A stretch of DNA of 64,000 bases from an uncultured Nitrospiraceae bacterium (GCA_963730935.1 CAVSTP010000002.1:992001-1056000); one strand, 5' to 3'; numbered from the stretch's first letter, positions 20,423 through 30,697 are shown. The notes: a model not told the origin generated them from the letters alone. A program made the numbers and translations.

Positions 20423-21082
20423 ATGCGTGAGGATCAGATCCATGCAGCGATCAAGATCCTCAGGCGGGAGGTCCGCCGATGGCAGGAACCGGTCGTCGGG
20501 GTCGTCGCCCGGGAATCGGCTCGAGATCCGTTCCGCATTCTGATTTCCTGCCTGCTCAGCCTGCGAACGAAGGACAAAACGACCAGTGAGGCCAGCGCGC
20601 GTCTGTTTGCCCTTGCGCACACCCCGGCCGGGCTGCTGAAGCTGTCACGGCGCAGGATCGAACGGGCAATCTACCCTGTGGGCTTCTACCGTACGAAAGC
20701 CAAAGCCATCCATGCCATTTGCCGCCGACTGCTCGAGGTGTATGAAGGCAAGGTGCCACAGTCGATCGACGAGTTGATCACCCTAGAAGGCGTCGGACGT
20801 AAGACAGCCAATCTGGTGGTGACGGTCGGCTACCAAAAACCGGGGATCTGCGTGGACATCCATGTTCATCGGATCAGCAACCGTTGGGGGTATGTGAAGA
20901 CGAGGACGCCGGAAGAGACCGAACAAGCGCTCCGCGCCAGACTCCCGAAACGCTATTGGATCACCTTCAACGATTTGCTTGTGCCCTACGGCCAGAATCT
21001 TTGCCAGCCGGTTTCCCCCTTCTGCAGCCGCTGCAAGCTCATCGACATGTGCGATCAGGTGGGAGTCGTCCGGTCTCGTTAG
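20423..21082 (+). CDS. nth: Endonuclease III
   Basis: HhH LEGVGRKTANLV, VDIHVHRISNR, C-X6-C-X2-C-X5-C 4Fe-4S motif. Confidence 0.92.
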   Translation: MREDQIHAAIKILRREVRRWQEPVVGVVARESARDPFRILISCLLSLRTKDKTTSEASARLFALAHTPAGLLKLSRRRIERAIYPVGFYRTKAKAIHAICRRLLEVYEGKVPQSIDELITLEGVGRKTANLVVTVGYQKPGICVDIHVHRISNRWGYVKTRTPEETEQALRARLPKRYWITFNDLLVPYGQNLCQPVSPFCSRCKLIDMCDQVGVVRSR

Positions 21083-21104
21083 AATGACCAACGACGGTGA
21101 CGGC

Positions 21105-21527
21105 TCAGATGAACAGCGTCGTTTCGGCATCGGCCGTCAGGGAGATAATGGCGGGCAGCCCTAAGACTTCGTCGACCTGCTTGGACACGGCCTCTCCATC
21201 GACGCCCATGTATTCCAGCCCAGCGCTGCAGGCGATGATGCGGAGCTTCCCGACCAGCTTCGCCTCGGCGAGCATCTCGGAGATCTTCGGAACCTTCTTC
21301 TCTTTGAGCAAGCGTGCGACCTCCTCGCTCGAGGCGGCATATTCCGGCGGAAAGTCGATCTGATCGATTTTCCCTTCTGCCAGTTTCTTGATCGTCCAGA
21401 ACAGCAGAATGACGATGACGTCTTTGCCCATGGCCGCTGCCGTCAGGCCGAGCGTGCCCACCTGATGGAGCTTGTCGTATGTGGCATTGTGGGCGAAGAG
21501 GACGAACTTGGGTTGCGGCTGGCTCAT
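21105..21527 (-). CDS. DsrE family protein
   Basis: TAAAMGKDV.ILLFW, IIACSAGL, C-terminal TLFI; start ATG 21527. Confidence 0.8.
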   Translation of the reverse strand: MSQPQPKFVLFAHNATYDKLHQVGTLGLTAAAMGKDVIVILLFWTIKKLAEGKIDQIDFPPEYAASSEEVARLLKEKKVPKISEMLAEAKLVGKLRIIACSAGLEYMGVDGEAVSKQVDEVLGLPAIISLTADAETTLFI

Positions 21528-21528
21528 T

Positions 21529-21873
21529 TTACGGCTTCGGAATGCGGGCCTTGACACTGTTGATGTAATCGTTGATTGCCGCGTCGACCTCAATCGGGGC
21601 CAGCGGGCGATCGTGCGTTTCGCTTTCGTCGAGGACATACTGGTCTCGGTCCTTTTCTTGACGGACGATCACTGTATTTTCCGGTGTGACCTCGACGAGC
21701 ATGAACCACTCGCGTGCGCCCTGGGTGATCACGACCTCCTTGCCCAATCCCTTCTTGCTGACGGCAATCTGCAGCTCATCGGCCGCAGCGATGACCAGCG
21801 GCGGGGTGCTCCAGGATGCTAGAGTGAGCGGCAGGAACAGCCACAGGCAGAGGCAGAGCGGAGTCGCGCGCAT
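21529..21873 (-). CDS. Exported hypothetical protein
   Basis: Signal peptide MRATPLCLCLWLFLPLTLA; 1-bp gap to downstream DsrE gene. Confidence 0.6.
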   Translation of the reverse strand: MRATPLCLCLWLFLPLTLASWSTPPLVIAAADELQIAVSKKGLGKEVVITQGAREWFMLVEVTPENTVIVRQEKDRDQYVLDESETHDRPLAPIEVDAAINDYINSVKARIPKP

Positions 21874-21972
21874 GGGCGGATTATAGCCGCCGGCAGAAGT
21901 GCAGTAAACCAGGCGTTGCTGCCCGTTCGTTATCTTGAGTGACCGTAGGTCGCATGTTAGGATCCCCTCCTC

Positions 21973-22434
21973 ATGGACGGGCTGCTTTCCACGGTTCAAC
22001 AGTATGTTTCCACAGAAACGCTGATCTGGCTGACGGCGTTGTCTTTCGTCTTTTTTATCGGCACGCTCATCGCCATTCCGTTCATCCTGGTCAGGTTGTC
22101 GGCCGATTATTTTGACGTCCGGGTGCCCCGCCCCTGGATGCAGCATCATCATCCGGTTCTGCGCGTCGTCGGCCACATCGTGAAGAATGTCCTCGGGACA
22201 GTGTTCCTCCTTGCCGGGTTCCTCATGCTCTTTCTGCCGGGTCAGGGCGTACTGACCATGCTCATCGGGATTTCGATGCTGGATTTTCCCGGAAAGCGGA
22301 AAATCGAGGCGAAGCTGATCGGCCAGCCCACCGTCCTGAGCGTGATCAACAGCATGCGGAAAAAGCGTGGGAAACCGCCGCTCGTGCTTGCCCCGGAACA
22401 TGATCCCGAGCCAAGCGTCAGAGCCGAATCCTAA
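21973..22434 (+). CDS. PGPGW-domain membrane protein
   Basis: TM helices, MLFLPGQGVLTMLIG, DFPGK. Confidence 0.8.
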   Translation: MDGLLSTVQQYVSTETLIWLTALSFVFFIGTLIAIPFILVRLSADYFDVRVPRPWMQHHHPVLRVVGHIVKNVLGTVFLLAGFLMLFLPGQGVLTMLIGISMLDFPGKRKIEAKLIGQPTVLSVINSMRKKRGKPPLVLAPEHDPEPSVRAES

Positions 22435-22453
22435 CGATTTGCATAGAATCTGA

Positions 22454-25114
22454 ATGCTGCCACAACCTATCGTCTCGAGCCGGCCGACATTGTACCTGAT
22501 CGACGGAAGCGCCTATATCTACCGCGCCTTCTTTGCCTTGCCCGCGCTGAATAATTCCAAGGGCCTGCAGACTAACGCCGTCTACGGTTTCACGACCACC
22601 TTGATGAAGATCATCCGTGAGCACCAACCTCACGGCCTCGCAGTGGTTTTTGACGAGGCAGGGCCGACGCTGAGGCATGAAGCCTACAAGGCCTACAAGG
22701 CCCAACGCCCGCCCATGCCCGAAGGCATGAGCGCACAAATCCCCTTCATCCATCGCGTCGTCGAGGCCCTCAACATCCCCGTGGTCAGGCAAGCAGGGTA
22801 CGAAGCCGACGACTTGATTGGCACCTTGGCCGTCCAGGCAGAACGGGCAGGGTACGAGGTTGTGATTGTCACGGGCGACAAGGATATGTTCCAGCTCCTG
22901 ACCCCGCACGTTCGCATCTACGATCCGGTGAAGAGTAAATGGGCGGGCGAAGCGGAATGCCGTGAGCGCTTCGGCGTCGAGCCGGCCCGCGTTGTGGAAG
23001 TGATGGGCTTGATGGGGGACAGCACCGACAACATCCCCGGCGTGAGAGGCATCGGAGAAAAAACGGCGATGAAGCTCATCGCGCAATTTGGCACCATCGA
23101 GGAACTCCTTCGCCGTCTCGAAGAAGTCACGCCTGCGCGTGTCAAAACTTATTTGATCGAGCAGGCGGAAAACGCCCGCCTCAGCCGGATGCTTGCCACG
23201 ATCGAGACGCGCGCGCCGGTCGAGTTTCATCCCGAACAGTATCACCTCAAACCGGCAGATCAAGAACGGTTTGCCGATCTGTTGCGTGAGCTCGAATTTA
23301 CCACCCTCCTCAAGAACCTCCAGCCCTCGACGAAGCCGCCGGCACCCAGACGGTCGGACGCCACCATCGTAATCGAGGATGAGGCCTCAGCACGGGGCTT
23401 CGTCAATGCCTTGCCGCACAATGCGCCTCTCGGCATCCAATGCCTGCTGGGAGGCGGGTCAGGTATTCAGGTGAAACTGCTCGGCCTTGCGCTGTCGTCC
23501 GGCGGGAACACGGTATTTGCTCCGTTCGACCTCCAGACCATAAGGCCCTCGATGACGGCGCTGCTCCATGACGACCAGCGGCCGAAGGTGGTTCACGATC
23601 TCAAAAGCACGTTGCTCGCGCTTCATCAGGCCGGACTCGTGGTGCGTGGTCCCTGCATCGACACGATGATCGCCGACTATCTCCTGAACCCGAACCGCCG
23701 TGACCATCAGCTTGAGACGATTGCCTTGGAAATCCTGGGGACACGGCTTCAACTTGGGCAGACGGCGGCCCCGCAGTCACTGTTCGAAATCGATACCGGC
23801 TCGCGCGCAGACGCCGCAGAAGCCGCCGCCGCTTTGGGCAGCCTTGGCCCGGCCATGAGCCAACGCCTGTCGGAACAGGGGAGCCTGACGCTGTTCAATG
23901 AGGTGGAAATGCCCCTCGTGCCGGTCTTGGTCGAGATCGAGCGGAATGGGTTTCTGCTGGACGTCGATCGGCTGCACGATCTGGGCAAGGAATTGGAGCG
24001 TGAGATGGACCGCACCATGGAAACGATTGCCGGACTGGCCGGAGGCGAGTTCAACATCAATTCGCCGAAACAGCTCGCGGCCGTCCTGTTTGAAAACCTC
24101 GGTCTCAAGCCATTGCGCAAGACAAAAACAGGCTATTCCACGGACGAAGAGACCCTGACACAGCTTGCTGCCCAGCACGAGTTGCCGACGCACATCCTGA
24201 ATTGCCGCAGCATCAGCAAGCTGAAGTCGACGTACGTCGATGCATTGCCCCTGTTGGTCGATCCACAGACCAGGCGGCTCCATACCTCGCTGAATCAGAC
24301 CGTGGCTGCTACGGGGCGGCTGTCGTCCACGGAGCCGAATCTGCAAAATATTCCGGTAAAGGGCGATTACGGACTCCGCATCCGCGAAGCCTTCATCGCT
24401 CCCCAGGGCTATGAGCTGTTGTGTGCCGACTATAGTCAGATCGAGCCTCGGATCCTCGCGCACTTGTCCCAGGATCCGCGGTTGCTGGCCGTATTCTCCA
24501 ACAGCGAGGACATTCACATGGCGACGGCCATGGAAATTTTCAGCCTGCCGGCCAGTCAGATCACGAAGGACATGCGTCGGGCGGCAAAGACCGTCGTCTT
24601 CGGCATCGTCTACGGGATCAGCCCCTTCGGCTTATCCCAGAACATCGGAGTCCCTCAGGCGGAGGCCAAGAAATACATCGAGACGTTCTTTGAACGGTTT
24701 CCGGCGGTGCGGACGCTCATGGACCGCAATATCGCCGAAGGGAGAGCCAAGGGATATACCACGACGATCCTGGGCCGCCGCCGGCCCATTCCGGAATTGC
24801 AAAGCGGAGATCCGGTCCAGCGCAGTTTCGGCGAGCGCATGGCCGTGAACAGTCCCATCCAGGGCTCGGCGGCGGATCTGATCAAGGTGGCCATGATCAA
24901 TGTCCACAAAGGCCTGCAGCAGGAATTGCCAGACGTGAGGATGATACTTCAAGTACACGACGAATTGATTTTCGAAGTGCCTGAGGAAGAGTTGGAGGCA
25001 ACCAAACGGCTCGTACAAGATGAAATGGAAGGAGTGGGTAAGCAATTGGGGTTGTCAGTACCGCTTAAAGTTGACGTGGGTGTGGGCAAAAATTGGCGAG
25101 CGGCGCATCCTTGA
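22454..25114 (+). CDS. polA: DNA polymerase I
   Basis: LIDGSAYIYRAFF, YEADD, GRLSSTEPNLQNIP, DYSQIEPR, QVHDEL. Confidence 0.98.
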   Translation: MLPQPIVSSRPTLYLIDGSAYIYRAFFALPALNNSKGLQTNAVYGFTTTLMKIIREHQPHGLAVVFDEAGPTLRHEAYKAYKAQRPPMPEGMSAQIPFIHRVVEALNIPVVRQAGYEADDLIGTLAVQAERAGYEVVIVTGDKDMFQLLTPHVRIYDPVKSKWAGEAECRERFGVEPARVVEVMGLMGDSTDNIPGVRGIGEKTAMKLIAQFGTIEELLRRLEEVTPARVKTYLIEQAENARLSRMLATIETRAPVEFHPEQYHLKPADQERFADLLRELEFTTLLKNLQPSTKPPAPRRSDATIVIEDEASARGFVNALPHNAPLGIQCLLGGGSGIQVKLLGLALSSGGNTVFAPFDLQTIRPSMTALLHDDQRPKVVHDLKSTLLALHQAGLVVRGPCIDTMIADYLLNPNRRDHQLETIALEILGTRLQLGQTAAPQSLFEIDTGSRADAAEAAAALGSLGPAMSQRLSEQGSLTLFNEVEMPLVPVLVEIERNGFLLDVDRLHDLGKELEREMDRTMETIAGLAGGEFNINSPKQLAAVLFENLGLKPLRKTKTGYSTDEETLTQLAAQHELPTHILNCRSISKLKSTYVDALPLLVDPQTRRLHTSLNQTVAATGRLSSTEPNLQNIPVKGDYGLRIREAFIAPQGYELLCADYSQIEPRILAHLSQDPRLLAVFSNSEDIHMATAMEIFSLPASQITKDMRRAAKTVVFGIVYGISPFGLSQNIGVPQAEAKKYIETFFERFPAVRTLMDRNIAEGRAKGYTTTILGRRRPIPELQSGDPVQRSFGERMAVNSPIQGSAADLIKVAMINVHKGLQQELPDVRMILQVHDELIFEVPEEELEATKRLVQDEMEGVGKQLGLSVPLKVDVGVGKNWRAAHP

Positions 25115-25194
25115 CGAGAGTGGGAGTATCGATCAGGTGGAAACCGCCCGGTGCGGCTCGATGGCAGGGGCATAACGTCGACAGGAGGTGGAGT

Positions 25195-25446
25195 ATGAAC
25201 CAGGGACGCGTCATGATGATTTCTGTGGGAATCAGCATGCTGGTATCGACAGGCATCTTACTGCTGTTGAATCCGGTGACTCCCAAAGCGCAGGAGCCCA
25301 AGCGGTTCGAGTACAGGATCGTGGAAGTGCTGCCTGACACCATGAACATGCAGACGAAATTAAACGAATTCGGCATGAGCGGGTGGGAACTGGTGTCCGT
25401 CTCCATGGGCAACATGACGGAACCGAGGCTGATCTTTAAGAAATAA
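25195..25446 (+). CDS. Small DUF4177-like protein with N-terminal anchor
   Basis: AGGAGG RBS; FEYRIV...[14 protein letters not shown]...IFKK. Confidence 0.75.
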   Translation: MNQGRVMMISVGISMLVSTGILLLLNPVTPKAQEPKRFEYRIVEVLPDTMNMQTKLNEFGMSGWELVSVSMGNMTEPRLIFKK

Positions 25447-25465
25447 CCCTTTCCTCCGGGCGACA

Positions 25466-26359
25466 ATGTCGGAACGAGGCATGAACGACAAGAGTCAACC
25501 CGTCGGAGACGTCTTTGGTTCGCCAGGGACGATTGGAGTCACCAGACGAAGCTTTCTAGTCTCGACGCTGGCAACCGGATTTGCGCTGGCCGTACGGCCA
25601 ACCTGGTCAGCGACGATCGTCACGGATTCCACAGGGCTCACGGCGGGTGAGATCAGGATTCCCACCGACGAGGGCGAAATCCCGGGCTATCGAGCCATGC
25701 CGTCGGAAGGGCGGGCGTTTCCGGCAGTGCTGGTCGTGCAGGAAATTTTCGGCGTTCACGAACATATCAAGGATGTCTGCCGCCGATTGGCCAAGTCGGG
25801 CTATTTGGCAGTGGCTCCTGAACTGTATGCGCGGCAGGGTGACGTTTCAAGCCTGAGCGAGATCGAACAGATCCGCACGATCGTGGCGAAAGTGCCGGAT
25901 GCGCAGGTGATGACAGATCTGGATGCAGCCGTGGCATGGATCAAGGCTTCGGGGAACGGAAACGTCAAGAAACTCGGGGTCACCGGATTCTGTTGGGGTG
26001 GACGGATTGTCTGGTTGTATGCTGCGCACAGTGCTCAGGTGAAGGCTGGCGTCGCGTGGTATGGACGACTCGTCGGTAAGCCGAACGAATTGCAACCCGC
26101 GCATCCGTTGGACATGGCAGCGACTCTGCAGGCTCCGGTTCTCGGTCTGTACGGCGGAAGCGACCAGGGGATTCCGCTGGAGACCGTGGAACAAATGAAG
26201 CAGGCCCTGAGGGCTTCCGACAGTCCTTCGACGATTATCGTCTACCCAGATACGCCGCACGCCTTCTATGCGGACTATCGGTCGAGCTATCGTAAGGAGG
26301 CGGCGGAAGACGGCTGGAGCCGTTTGCTTGCGTGGTTCAAGGAACATGGGGTTGCCTGA
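25466..26359 (+). CDS. Dienelactone hydrolase family protein with Tat-like signal
   Basis: [30 protein letters not shown]. Confidence 0.92.
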   Translation: MSERGMNDKSQPVGDVFGSPGTIGVTRRSFLVSTLATGFALAVRPTWSATIVTDSTGLTAGEIRIPTDEGEIPGYRAMPSEGRAFPAVLVVQEIFGVHEHIKDVCRRLAKSGYLAVAPELYARQGDVSSLSEIEQIRTIVAKVPDAQVMTDLDAAVAWIKASGNGNVKKLGVTGFCWGGRIVWLYAAHSAQVKAGVAWYGRLVGKPNELQPAHPLDMAATLQAPVLGLYGGSDQGIPLETVEQMKQALRASDSPSTIIVYPDTPHAFYADYRSSYRKEAAEDGWSRLLAWFKEHGVA

Positions 26360-26555
26360 TCCCGCTGCCTACTAGCCCGCCTCTCTGCCTACAACGCCGT
26401 TCAAACCTGTGCCGCTCGTTGGTCTCCGCCTGCAGTGTCTCCATCCTGGCCGCGCCTTGACGCGGAGTTATGAGTGGCACTGCTTTTGCGGAGACCATCC
26501 GAGTTTCCACTGATGAAGAGATTCAGATCTATCCACCTCAGAAAGGAATACCTCC

Positions 26556-27416
26556 ATGATCCATACCCTGGAACTCGATAAGCAGACCGCCTCCTTCGTT
26601 CGGCAGCTTGAAGAACAAAGGCGGATTGAAAAAAATCTGATGGTGGAACGGGTGCGGGGCACTAAGGAGGGTGTGGAGTCAGTCTTCCATGACATCCGGG
26701 AACGAGTGGAGGCGCTCGAGCGCATGACCAGCTCGGTCAGCACGAGCTATATCGCACCGATCGGCTGGAGTCAGTTGATCTTCGCAAGTACGGACGGCAA
26801 CTCGAACACGATCATGGCCGGAGACCGCGACGATACCCTCTGCAAACATGACCGGGTTCGCTATCTCGAGGATGCGGGCTACCTGCGCTTAAGCGCCAAT
26901 CCCCATTATGTCGAACGCGTGCTCCCTAACAAGTCGGCTCATGCCAGGGCGGCGGCGAATCCTTCAACATGGGACAATCTGGGTTACGTCCATGTCGGCT
27001 ATTCGACCAGCCTCGCCCTTCCTGTCTCACTGGAACCGACGACGGTGTCGATCCTGTCGCGCCTGAATACGCTCTTCAATTGGGTGGAGGTCAACGCCGT
27101 CGCAGAGGATTGGCATGCGCATGTCGCCGCGATCGCCCGCCTCTGGGTGGCCTATGACGGTGAGTTTCGACAGACGCCGCCGGCGCAGTTTGTGAATCTT
27201 CTGGCGACGCCGAAGGAGGTGAAGACTCATCAACACATGGAATCGTTGGCCCCTAGCGCTGCCTTGGCCATGCAGCTCGAAGTGTCACCGGGTAGCGGGA
27301 CGACCCTCACCATGTACGAATCCATTGAACTGGTCGCGACGACGCCGAACGGCCATGCCTACATCGACGGAGTGTTTGCCTGGGAGCCTCTGGCAGTGCA
27401 AGTGCGGGAGGGATGA
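26556..27416 (+). CDS. Hypothetical protein (coiled-coil N-terminus, beta-rich C-terminus)
   Basis: 286-aa ORF with AAGGA RBS; no family recognised. Confidence 0.6.
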   Translation: MIHTLELDKQTASFVRQLEEQRRIEKNLMVERVRGTKEGVESVFHDIRERVEALERMTSSVSTSYIAPIGWSQLIFASTDGNSNTIMAGDRDDTLCKHDRVRYLEDAGYLRLSANPHYVERVLPNKSAHARAAANPSTWDNLGYVHVGYSTSLALPVSLEPTTVSILSRLNTLFNWVEVNAVAEDWHAHVAAIARLWVAYDGEFRQTPPAQFVNLLATPKEVKTHQHMESLAPSAALAMQLEVSPGSGTTLTMYESIELVATTPNGHAYIDGVFAWEPLAVQVREG

Positions 27417-27438
27417 GACGGCAGGCACTCCAGGGATT

Positions 27439-28707
27439 TTAGGAAAAGTAGAACGTTTCGACAATCTGGGTCGTATTGAACAGCATCGCCTGTCTTCTTG
27501 TGTAGGCGGCGTGGCCATAGTAGTGGTCACGCGGGTTGGTTGAGCCGGTGGAATCCTTGTAATCGACCAGCAGACAGCGTCCTTCGCTTGGAAAGCGCAC
27601 CGCTCGTCTTGCGCATTCCAACCAGCGCTCGAACCCCTCGAACGGTTCGACCATCTCCCAGATCGCCTTGTTCGCGGCCTGAGCCCCTTCAGTGAGCGGG
27701 ACGGCGTCACTGCCGGCTACAGCGAGTTCCTGCACATAGTCGCCGCCCCAGGCGATCGGCATTTCCATCGTGATCTGTGGCAACTCCATCTTTGCAAGCC
27801 ACGCCTTGCTGTCCGTCCGAAGATTCCGGTGGTTCACCACATGAAGCACCTTTCCAATGCCGGAGGGATCCCACCCATAACGCACCGGTTGTCCGAGCGT
27901 GACGATGTCCAATGCCACATCGTTCAACACGTTTCCAGCGGCCAAGAGCGAATCCAGCCGCTGGACGGTTGCGGCAAGTTCCGCTTGACCGCTCTGCTCC
28001 GCATAGGAGGTCAAAATGGCGAAGAGCTTCGCTCTGCCTGTGATCGGGCTTGGGCACAGCAGATTGGACACGAGAGCCAGTACAAGCCCAGCGTGTCCAT
28101 GCGCTTGCACCAGGATGCGATCGCCGGATGTGAGGCGCTGAGCATCACAATGTGTCCTCAGGTCGTTCAAGAGTCGCACGGCCGCGACTGCACGTCCGAG
28201 GTGATGGTGTTCAGAAGACCACAGCCTTCGCAGGCAGGTGATCGGCTTTGTTGATGATTTGTTCAACGTCCTTTGAGTCAGGCCGACTGCGGCCTGTGTG
28301 AAATTTCCAGCGTCACCGATCTGTTCGTCGAGCAGTTTCTTCGTCGACTCGTCGTCGTTCAGCGGAGGGACCACTCCGCTGGGAAGAAGGGGAATGCCGT
28401 TGCTCTCTTGCCGCATGGCGGCCAGCAACGCGTCGAGCCCAGATACTCCGCGGGAATAGCCACGCTTGAGTCCGCCGGCTTCGTCCAGCCGCTGGGCACC
28501 GAAGACATCGGTCCCGTGAAGTGCGCCGTGAAGGAAGAGGATCGTCCGAACGCCGGCGTGCGAAAGGGTGCGACCATGACTTGCCATGGCCTCAATCCAC
28601 TCGGGTGAATCGGGCAGCCCGCCGACGGTCAACTCGGTGAAGGCCAGTCGCTCGCCTGGGCTTTTCCGCGAGAGTTCGTCATGCTGGAAATTGTTTTCGA
28701 CGGGCAT
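27439..28707 (-). CDS. Hypothetical alpha/beta-hydrolase-like protein
   Basis: ILFLHG, WSSEHHH, VQAHGHAG elbow-like motif, IVTLGQP, GHAAY. Confidence 0.6.
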   Translation of the reverse strand: MPVENNFQHDELSRKSPGERLAFTELTVGGLPDSPEWIEAMASHGRTLSHAGVRTILFLHGALHGTDVFGAQRLDEAGGLKRGYSRGVSGLDALLAAMRQESNGIPLLPSGVVPPLNDDESTKKLLDEQIGDAGNFTQAAVGLTQRTLNKSSTKPITCLRRLWSSEHHHLGRAVAAVRLLNDLRTHCDAQRLTSGDRILVQAHGHAGLVLALVSNLLCPSPITGRAKLFAILTSYAEQSGQAELAATVQRLDSLLAAGNVLNDVALDIVTLGQPVRYGWDPSGIGKVLHVVNHRNLRTDSKAWLAKMELPQITMEMPIAWGGDYVQELAVAGSDAVPLTEGAQAANKAIWEMVEPFEGFERWLECARRAVRFPSEGRCLLVDYKDSTGSTNPRDHYYGHAAYTRRQAMLFNTTQIVETFYFS

Positions 28708-28754
28708 GGCAGATGGTCATAACCGATCTTGAGGGGGCACTGCAACGGAAGGAC

Positions 28755-29321
28755 CTAGCGCATGACCGGCGCCAAAGGCTGAGGATCGTTCGGAGGAGGA
28801 GACGGTTGAAGCTTGTTTTTCGGCATCACCGCCGTGGCCGTGCAGATTTTCTTCTCTTCATCGGTGCGATGATCGATAATTTTCACGCCTTGTAGATATT
28901 CCTGGACGATTTCCTCACGGGTCAGCTCGATGTCCTGATCCGCGTCTTTCCCCGAGCGCTCCCGAATTCGATCCACCATGTGCTCTTTGACGAAAATGCG
29001 GATCTGTTTGGCGAGATCTGTGCGGGCCGACAATTCGGACACACGTTGGCAGACGATCGGGCCTTTCGTCAGATCCCCTTGACCGATGCCGATCACATAC
29101 TGGTCGGGAGAATAGCCACGGTAGCTTTGGCCGTCGCGCGGAGAGCCTGGGCTTGACATCGTCAGCCCGCCATGATCATCCCGTTGTGTGAATTGCTCGA
29201 ACGATTGCTCTGCATGATTTCGAACGGCGTCCGGATCGGAGGCCAGGTTCACCTCGGCACACCATGTCGGAGTAACACCAACCGTCAGGACCATGATTAT
29301 CCGCTGCAAACGGCTTCCCAC
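28755..29321 (-). CDS. LPP20-like exported protein
   Basis: YVIGIGQG...ARTDLAKQI...LQGVKI; N-terminal signal. Confidence 0.6.
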   Translation of the reverse strand: MGSRLQRIIMVLTVGVTPTWCAEVNLASDPDAVRNHAEQSFEQFTQRDDHGGLTMSSPGSPRDGQSYRGYSPDQYVIGIGQGDLTKGPIVCQRVSELSARTDLAKQIRIFVKEHMVDRIRERSGKDADQDIELTREEIVQEYLQGVKIIDHRTDEEKKICTATAVMPKNKLQPSPPPNDPQPLAPVMR

Positions 29322-29324
29322 CTG

Positions 29325-30605
29325 TTATCGTCCTCTCCCGCCCCCGCGACCGCCGCCTCCACGTCCACCATAGCCGCCCCGTCCGGCGCCGGACCGTCCT
29401 CCAAAGCCGCGAGGCGCCAGATGATGAGATCCACGGGGAACGACAAGGGACGGAAGCTGCTGATGCATGGTCGGCGGCAGGCGGCCTATGACCGGCGCCT
29501 GACCGGGTGGCGTGGTGCTGGCGGGGGGCTGTAGAAATTGCTGCAGTGACCGGACGGAGCGCGAGCCGGGGGACGTCGCGTGCGGTCCTGCAGGCGGGGT
29601 ATTGGCAACTGGTGGAAGCAGGAACTGCTGGAGTGACCGGACTGAACGAGCGCTCGAGGCCGGGACGGTGGCATGCGTGCCCGTGGGCTGATTGCCGAGG
29701 TGTACCGGCATGGTCGAGGTCGTGTGCGAGATTTCATTGAGCGTTAACGGCACCGGCCGCATGCCGGGCTGACGGAGTGCCGGGTGTGTCACCGGCTGCG
29801 AAGTCTGCGGTTGAGCGGGCGGCCGCGTGATGATGACTTGTTGTGCCACGTCCACATGAGGATTTGCGGGATACAGGCCTCGAGCGACACTTAGAAATCC
29901 ATAAGTAGGTGGCAACCCGCCCCAGGAGGCGGGATAGCCGGATGGCCCGACCATGACCCAGTCGGTCCACGCTTGTGAGACCATGGCATTCGATTGAACG
30001 TGATTGAGAAGTTCCTGGCGCTGAAGGCTGGCCTGTTGCGCCTCCTCGGCCGTAACAGCGGTTGCCAGCAATTGATTCGCCGCTTCGAGTTGTGTCTGAA
30101 GATCGTCAATCTCGTTTTTCAGCGTGGCAAGTTGGTGCCGGGCGCTCTCGTTTTCACGAAGGGCCAGGATCGCCTGAGCAACCTCGTCGGTGTCGATTTG
30201 CGACATGAGATCAATGGTCACGACCACGCGGTCTCCGTCTAGCCAGAGGTTGGTTTGTTGATCGAGCACAAGAATCAAGCCGGCGGTGTAGGTTCTGATT
30301 TCATCTTTCGTGATGTCCGTCCCTTCTACGACGGTGACGCTTTCCAGATACGTCGCCACCTGTTCCAACGCATTGCGTTTCGCGGCCTCTGTCGCCAGGC
30401 GCATGGCGTCCTCCCGCGTGTCGCGGTCACCCATTCGGAATTCCCCTTGGGACAACACCACGCGCACCTCCGCTGAAACGGGATAGACTGGATACCATGG
30501 TAGTGAGAGGAACAGGCCGATTGTGAGCGAGCGCAACGCTCGGGCAGGGTTCGACGGCCCCAATACGGCAGTTGAGCTGCACGGCCGGTCGGGCATGATC
30601 GTCAC
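29325..30605 (-). CDS. Exported hypothetical protein with coiled coil, Pro-rich repeats and RGG tail
   Basis: AKRNALEQVATYLES domain, heptad region, RSVRSLQQFL x2, GGRGG tail. Confidence 0.65.
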   Translation of the reverse strand: MTIMPDRPCSSTAVLGPSNPARALRSLTIGLFLSLPWYPVYPVSAEVRVVLSQGEFRMGDRDTREDAMRLATEAAKRNALEQVATYLESVTVVEGTDITKDEIRTYTAGLILVLDQQTNLWLDGDRVVVTIDLMSQIDTDEVAQAILALRENESARHQLATLKNEIDDLQTQLEAANQLLATAVTAEEAQQASLQRQELLNHVQSNAMVSQAWTDWVMVGPSGYPASWGGLPPTYGFLSVARGLYPANPHVDVAQQVIITRPPAQPQTSQPVTHPALRQPGMRPVPLTLNEISHTTSTMPVHLGNQPTGTHATVPASSARSVRSLQQFLLPPVANTPPAGPHATSPGSRSVRSLQQFLQPPASTTPPGQAPVIGRLPPTMHQQLPSLVVPRGSHHLAPRGFGGRSGAGRGGYGGRGGGGRGGGRGR

Positions 30606-30697
30606 CTTCCAGGAAGATTCAGCCGATCACATGCCGGTGCTCAGCATAACACCCGCAACGCCGTTTCGCTAGCGGCCTGAGGAGCTGTCGGAGCGGC

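Noticed and set aside
21529..22401. 290-aa minus-strand ORF as given in the track
   Set aside because: Its upstream part is antisense to the PGPGW gene; only 21529-21873 looks like a real gene.
25115..25194. GGTGG-AAA-CCGCC hairpin reminiscent of ZTP riboswitch P2
   Set aside because: Lacks the ACUGGCG and CGCCUGGG pseudoknot elements, and the downstream gene is unrelated to purine or folate metabolism.
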